Shown in pieces: positions 60,125 to 64,000 of a DNA stretch of 64,000 nt. The DNA is taken from assembly GCF_009914755.1 (NCBI RefSeq), contig NC_060940.1; one strand, given 5' to 3'. How positions within the stretch are numbered: position 1 is the stretch's first letter; every line of letters starts with the position of its first letter. The DNA is from the human T2T-CHM13v2.0 reference genome, Homo sapiens. Both the position numbers and the translations under genes were made by a program. The notes under the pieces were generated by a model. It was given only the letters and a program-made list of their open reading frames with translations, was not told the origin of the DNA and ran no database searches.

Positions 60125-61375
60125 TCAGTGAGCGTGTGTGCATGTATGTTTGTGTAAATGTAATTGTATGTGTGTGTAAATGTAATTGGATGCATCCTTA
60201 TATTTACCCTTACCTACAAGATTTCCAAGATTCATTTATGATCTTTAGATTATGGGCATTTAAAGATTTACCAAATACAACTGTAATAGTGGAAAAAATC
60301 AAGATGTTATTAAATTCAACTTGTGCACATAACTGTTTCTATAAATTTATGTTTCTTGCAAAACTGGCAGTAATGCTCATGCACAAAATAATTTTCTAAA
60401 TAAAAAATAAAAACGTTTTCTCAGTCATTAATTCTTAAAATTATTTCTCCCCAATAATTAATGTGAATTAATTCTTAATTCTTAATTATAGAATAATGTT
60501 GCCCTTCAGAGTTCGGAAATTGTTGCAAGTTGTACACATTTCACTAACCAGAACAACTTCTGAAATATTGGCGTTAATTAATGTCACTCAGCAATTATTG
60601 ATTTCAAGGGCATTAAGTACCATTCATATTCTGAATCACAAGGGTACTTTGGCATCTTATTTAATCAAGCTCTTTTTATCATCATCTACACTTTAATTAC
60701 TTAACAAACATTTCTCTGTGTGGGAAAGTTTGACCAGGTTATCTTCTACCCTTGTCTTTTGTCTGATGGTGCAAAAAATTTTCATAAGCATGTATTTCTG
60801 AATGCCTGATGGATTGACATATATAATAAGCTGCTAGTATTAAAATATGTGACATAAAACGCATCCAATCTTCTCACTGTTTACATAAATTCTAGGTTTC
60901 TCCTATTTACCTCAAGCACGTATGGAGCGAATTCTTACCTTTTAATATTGCCATGGCATTCACATTGAACATAAGTTGAACTCTCTCATATGGTAGCTGG
61001 GTTCGGATTCCCTTGACAATTTCCAGTTCTAACCCTCACAGTTCCTCAGTGTGGCTGGCCCAGATATTGACCCTACACAGTTGCCTCCTCCTGGTGACTA
61101 CCAGCTATGGAACCGTTGGATACAACCTACCTGACTCACCCCACAGACCTCACAGTGCACATGGACAGCCCCCACACGCCAGAGTGACCTGCTCGATTGC
61201 AGCAGGAGTCAAGAAGTGTGCCTGCTGGCACTCACCCCACCGACTAGTGCCCCGTGGAAAACTTATTTGGATAATGTTCTGGGCCCAATAAAGGCTGGAG
61301 TCCCACAGACCCCTTTTCTGTCTCCTGCTCCCCACTCATCTTCCCCATTTTGTTCAGCCCTATGAGGTGTGCTAC

Positions 61376-61712
61376 TCTATTAGTCCATTTTCACACCGCC
61401 GGTAAAGACATGCCCAAGACTGGGTAATTTCCAGAAGAAAGAGGTTTAATAGATGCACAGTTCCACATGGCTGGGTAGGCCTCACAATCATGGCACAAGC
61501 CGAAAGGCACATCTCACCTGGCAGCAGACAAGACAAGAGAGCTTGTGCAGGAAACTCCCCTTTATAAAACCATCAGATCTTGTGAGACTTATTCACTATC
61601 AGAAGAACAGCATGGGAAAGACCTGCCCTCGTGATTCAATTACCTCCCAGCTGTTCCCTCCCACAACATGTGGGAATTCAAGATGAGATTTGGCTGGGGA
61701 CACAGCTAAACC
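61376..61712 (-). mobile_element. THE1 LTR inserted in an older LTR-like element (~60990-61900)
   Basis: TATTAGTCCATTTTCACAC...GAGGTTTAATAG...GGGGACACAGCTAAACC. Confidence 0.85.
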
Positions 61713-63309
61713 CTCTTCTCAGCTACCCTCTTCTCTCTGGATCTGTGAGTAATAAACCTACTTCTGTGATTTCCCATGTTTGGTTCTGTGGCCTCCATGT
61801 GTCTGAGCTGACCTACACTGGAACCTAACTCTCCTCCTGGCCAGGGTCTCTGAGAGTGGCTCTTGTCAGAAATACACAGGACACAGGTCAGGCAACAGTC
61901 ACCAGGCATCTCCTATTCTCAACAGATGTTCTGTGAGAGGGAGGCCTGGCCGTGGGATGCACACCTGGCCACTGCTGGGGTAAGGAAGTGTCCTGTGAAA
62001 GGCACATGTTAAGCATCCACAACCCCCTGACCAGAACCCCAGAAAGGCAGGGCTGCAATTGTCAGTCACTCTCCAGAGACAAACCTCAAGCCCTAACTGG
62101 AGGAAAAGAAAACAATGTAAAAAGTTCAATTTACCTTACTATTTCAATGATCCAGTAAAGACATTCTATGCCTGTACACCACATATTTTCTTCGATTGTG
62201 GATTTATTTTAGATAGAATTTTAGGTCTGGCTTTCACTTTAGCCTGGTCCCTACCTCAAGCATAAGGTAAAGATTTTCCATGCGTTCTTTTCTGGTACTA
62301 CTACCTGCCAGTGTGGGATCATGTCCTATTCTATCTTGAGGGAATACCCCTGTTCGTTATTGTCAGAATGAGACTGTTAAGTCTTGATTTCCCTGGACAA
62401 CTTCACTGCATGACTTTTAATATGATTTTTTAATATACCCTTTACTGGACAATAAATTCTATAGTTATCTGAGTAAGAGATATGGTCAGGAAGAAGCATT
62501 GCCTCATTCAGCTTTTCTCTTTGGTGAACTCGCATATGTTCTCCTCACCCGCCAGTCACCTCTAAACCGTATTGTTCCAAGACAACAAACAGAACTCGAG
62601 TGTGTATCTTTCACCACCGGATTTCTATTTTCTCCATAAAGCTCCATGCTTAACAGGGTTTCTGTTAGCATTTTCTCTATTCATTTTCCCATAAAATATC
62701 ACAGGCCTTTTTCATATGGAATTCTGGGTGATTTCCTTCAATCTGCATCATATCAAGTTGAGGTTCATGTTGAAGAAAAGTAAAGCATACATTGAAAATA
62801 TCAGTAAGGATGTTTTCCTCTCCTTTTTAGCACCTGTGCTTGTGATACAAGCACATTTTAATACAATTGTGGTCTCATGCTTTGATCATTCCTATGATGA
62901 AAATAACATTTTTAGATAAAATATCTGAGTTTTATGAGGCCTTTAGTATGTGATGTGATAGAATATCAGAAGACCATACTTTTTTCTAGGTTTCGGTGCA
63001 ATTCTGTCATTATTTCATCTTTACTCCTACCAGAGTAATTTTGCAAAATAGATATCTTGTCATTCTTCCTGTTGTTATCAGTAAATAAGTGAAATGAAAA
63101 GCTAGATTATATAATCTATCTAGAACAAGAAAGTGGAATTGAATCTATATTCATTAATGAGACTAACCAGTCAATTACACAGATAGGCATTTTAAATTTT
63201 GAAGATCATATGGACCCATTGTCAGAAATATTATTATTTATGTCTATATGGACATTACCTGGGCATATTTACATAGAAATCAATGAGAGCTGATTTTTAT
63301 TTTTATAAT

Positions 63310-64000
<691 letters not shown>

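Overview
Human (primate) pericentromeric segmental-duplication mosaic, most consistent with the IGHV orphon cluster on 16p11.2. Bases 1-~28.5 kb are a duplicated piece of the IGH V locus, all on the + strand: a clan III relic with an intact 23-RSS, an apparently intact IGHV3 (OR16-10/11 type), a clan II relic, a 3'-truncated IGHV1, a second clan III relic and an IGHV3/OR16-9-type gene with splice and RSS defects. I also find two very decayed, mutually related V-gene ghosts at ~9.4 kb and ~19 kb. A 1.4-kb minisatellite just after the first RSS is a co-oriented tandem amplification of a CTCF-consensus motif. Bases ~29-41.6 kb are an L1/Alu/MaLR-dense block. At ~45.7-45.9 kb (- strand) is an unprocessed copy of KSR1 exon 1, abutting a 1.35-kb GC-rich CAAAAAG pericentromeric repeat with helically phased A-tracts. 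The rest is repeat-rich non-coding DNA with young insertions (AluYa5, L1PA2). I see no clearly new multi-gene system; the best leads are the CTCF-motif array, the V ghosts, the intact orphon and the KSR1 exon/repeat junction. Gene and repeat names are from recall of consensus sequences, not from database searches.
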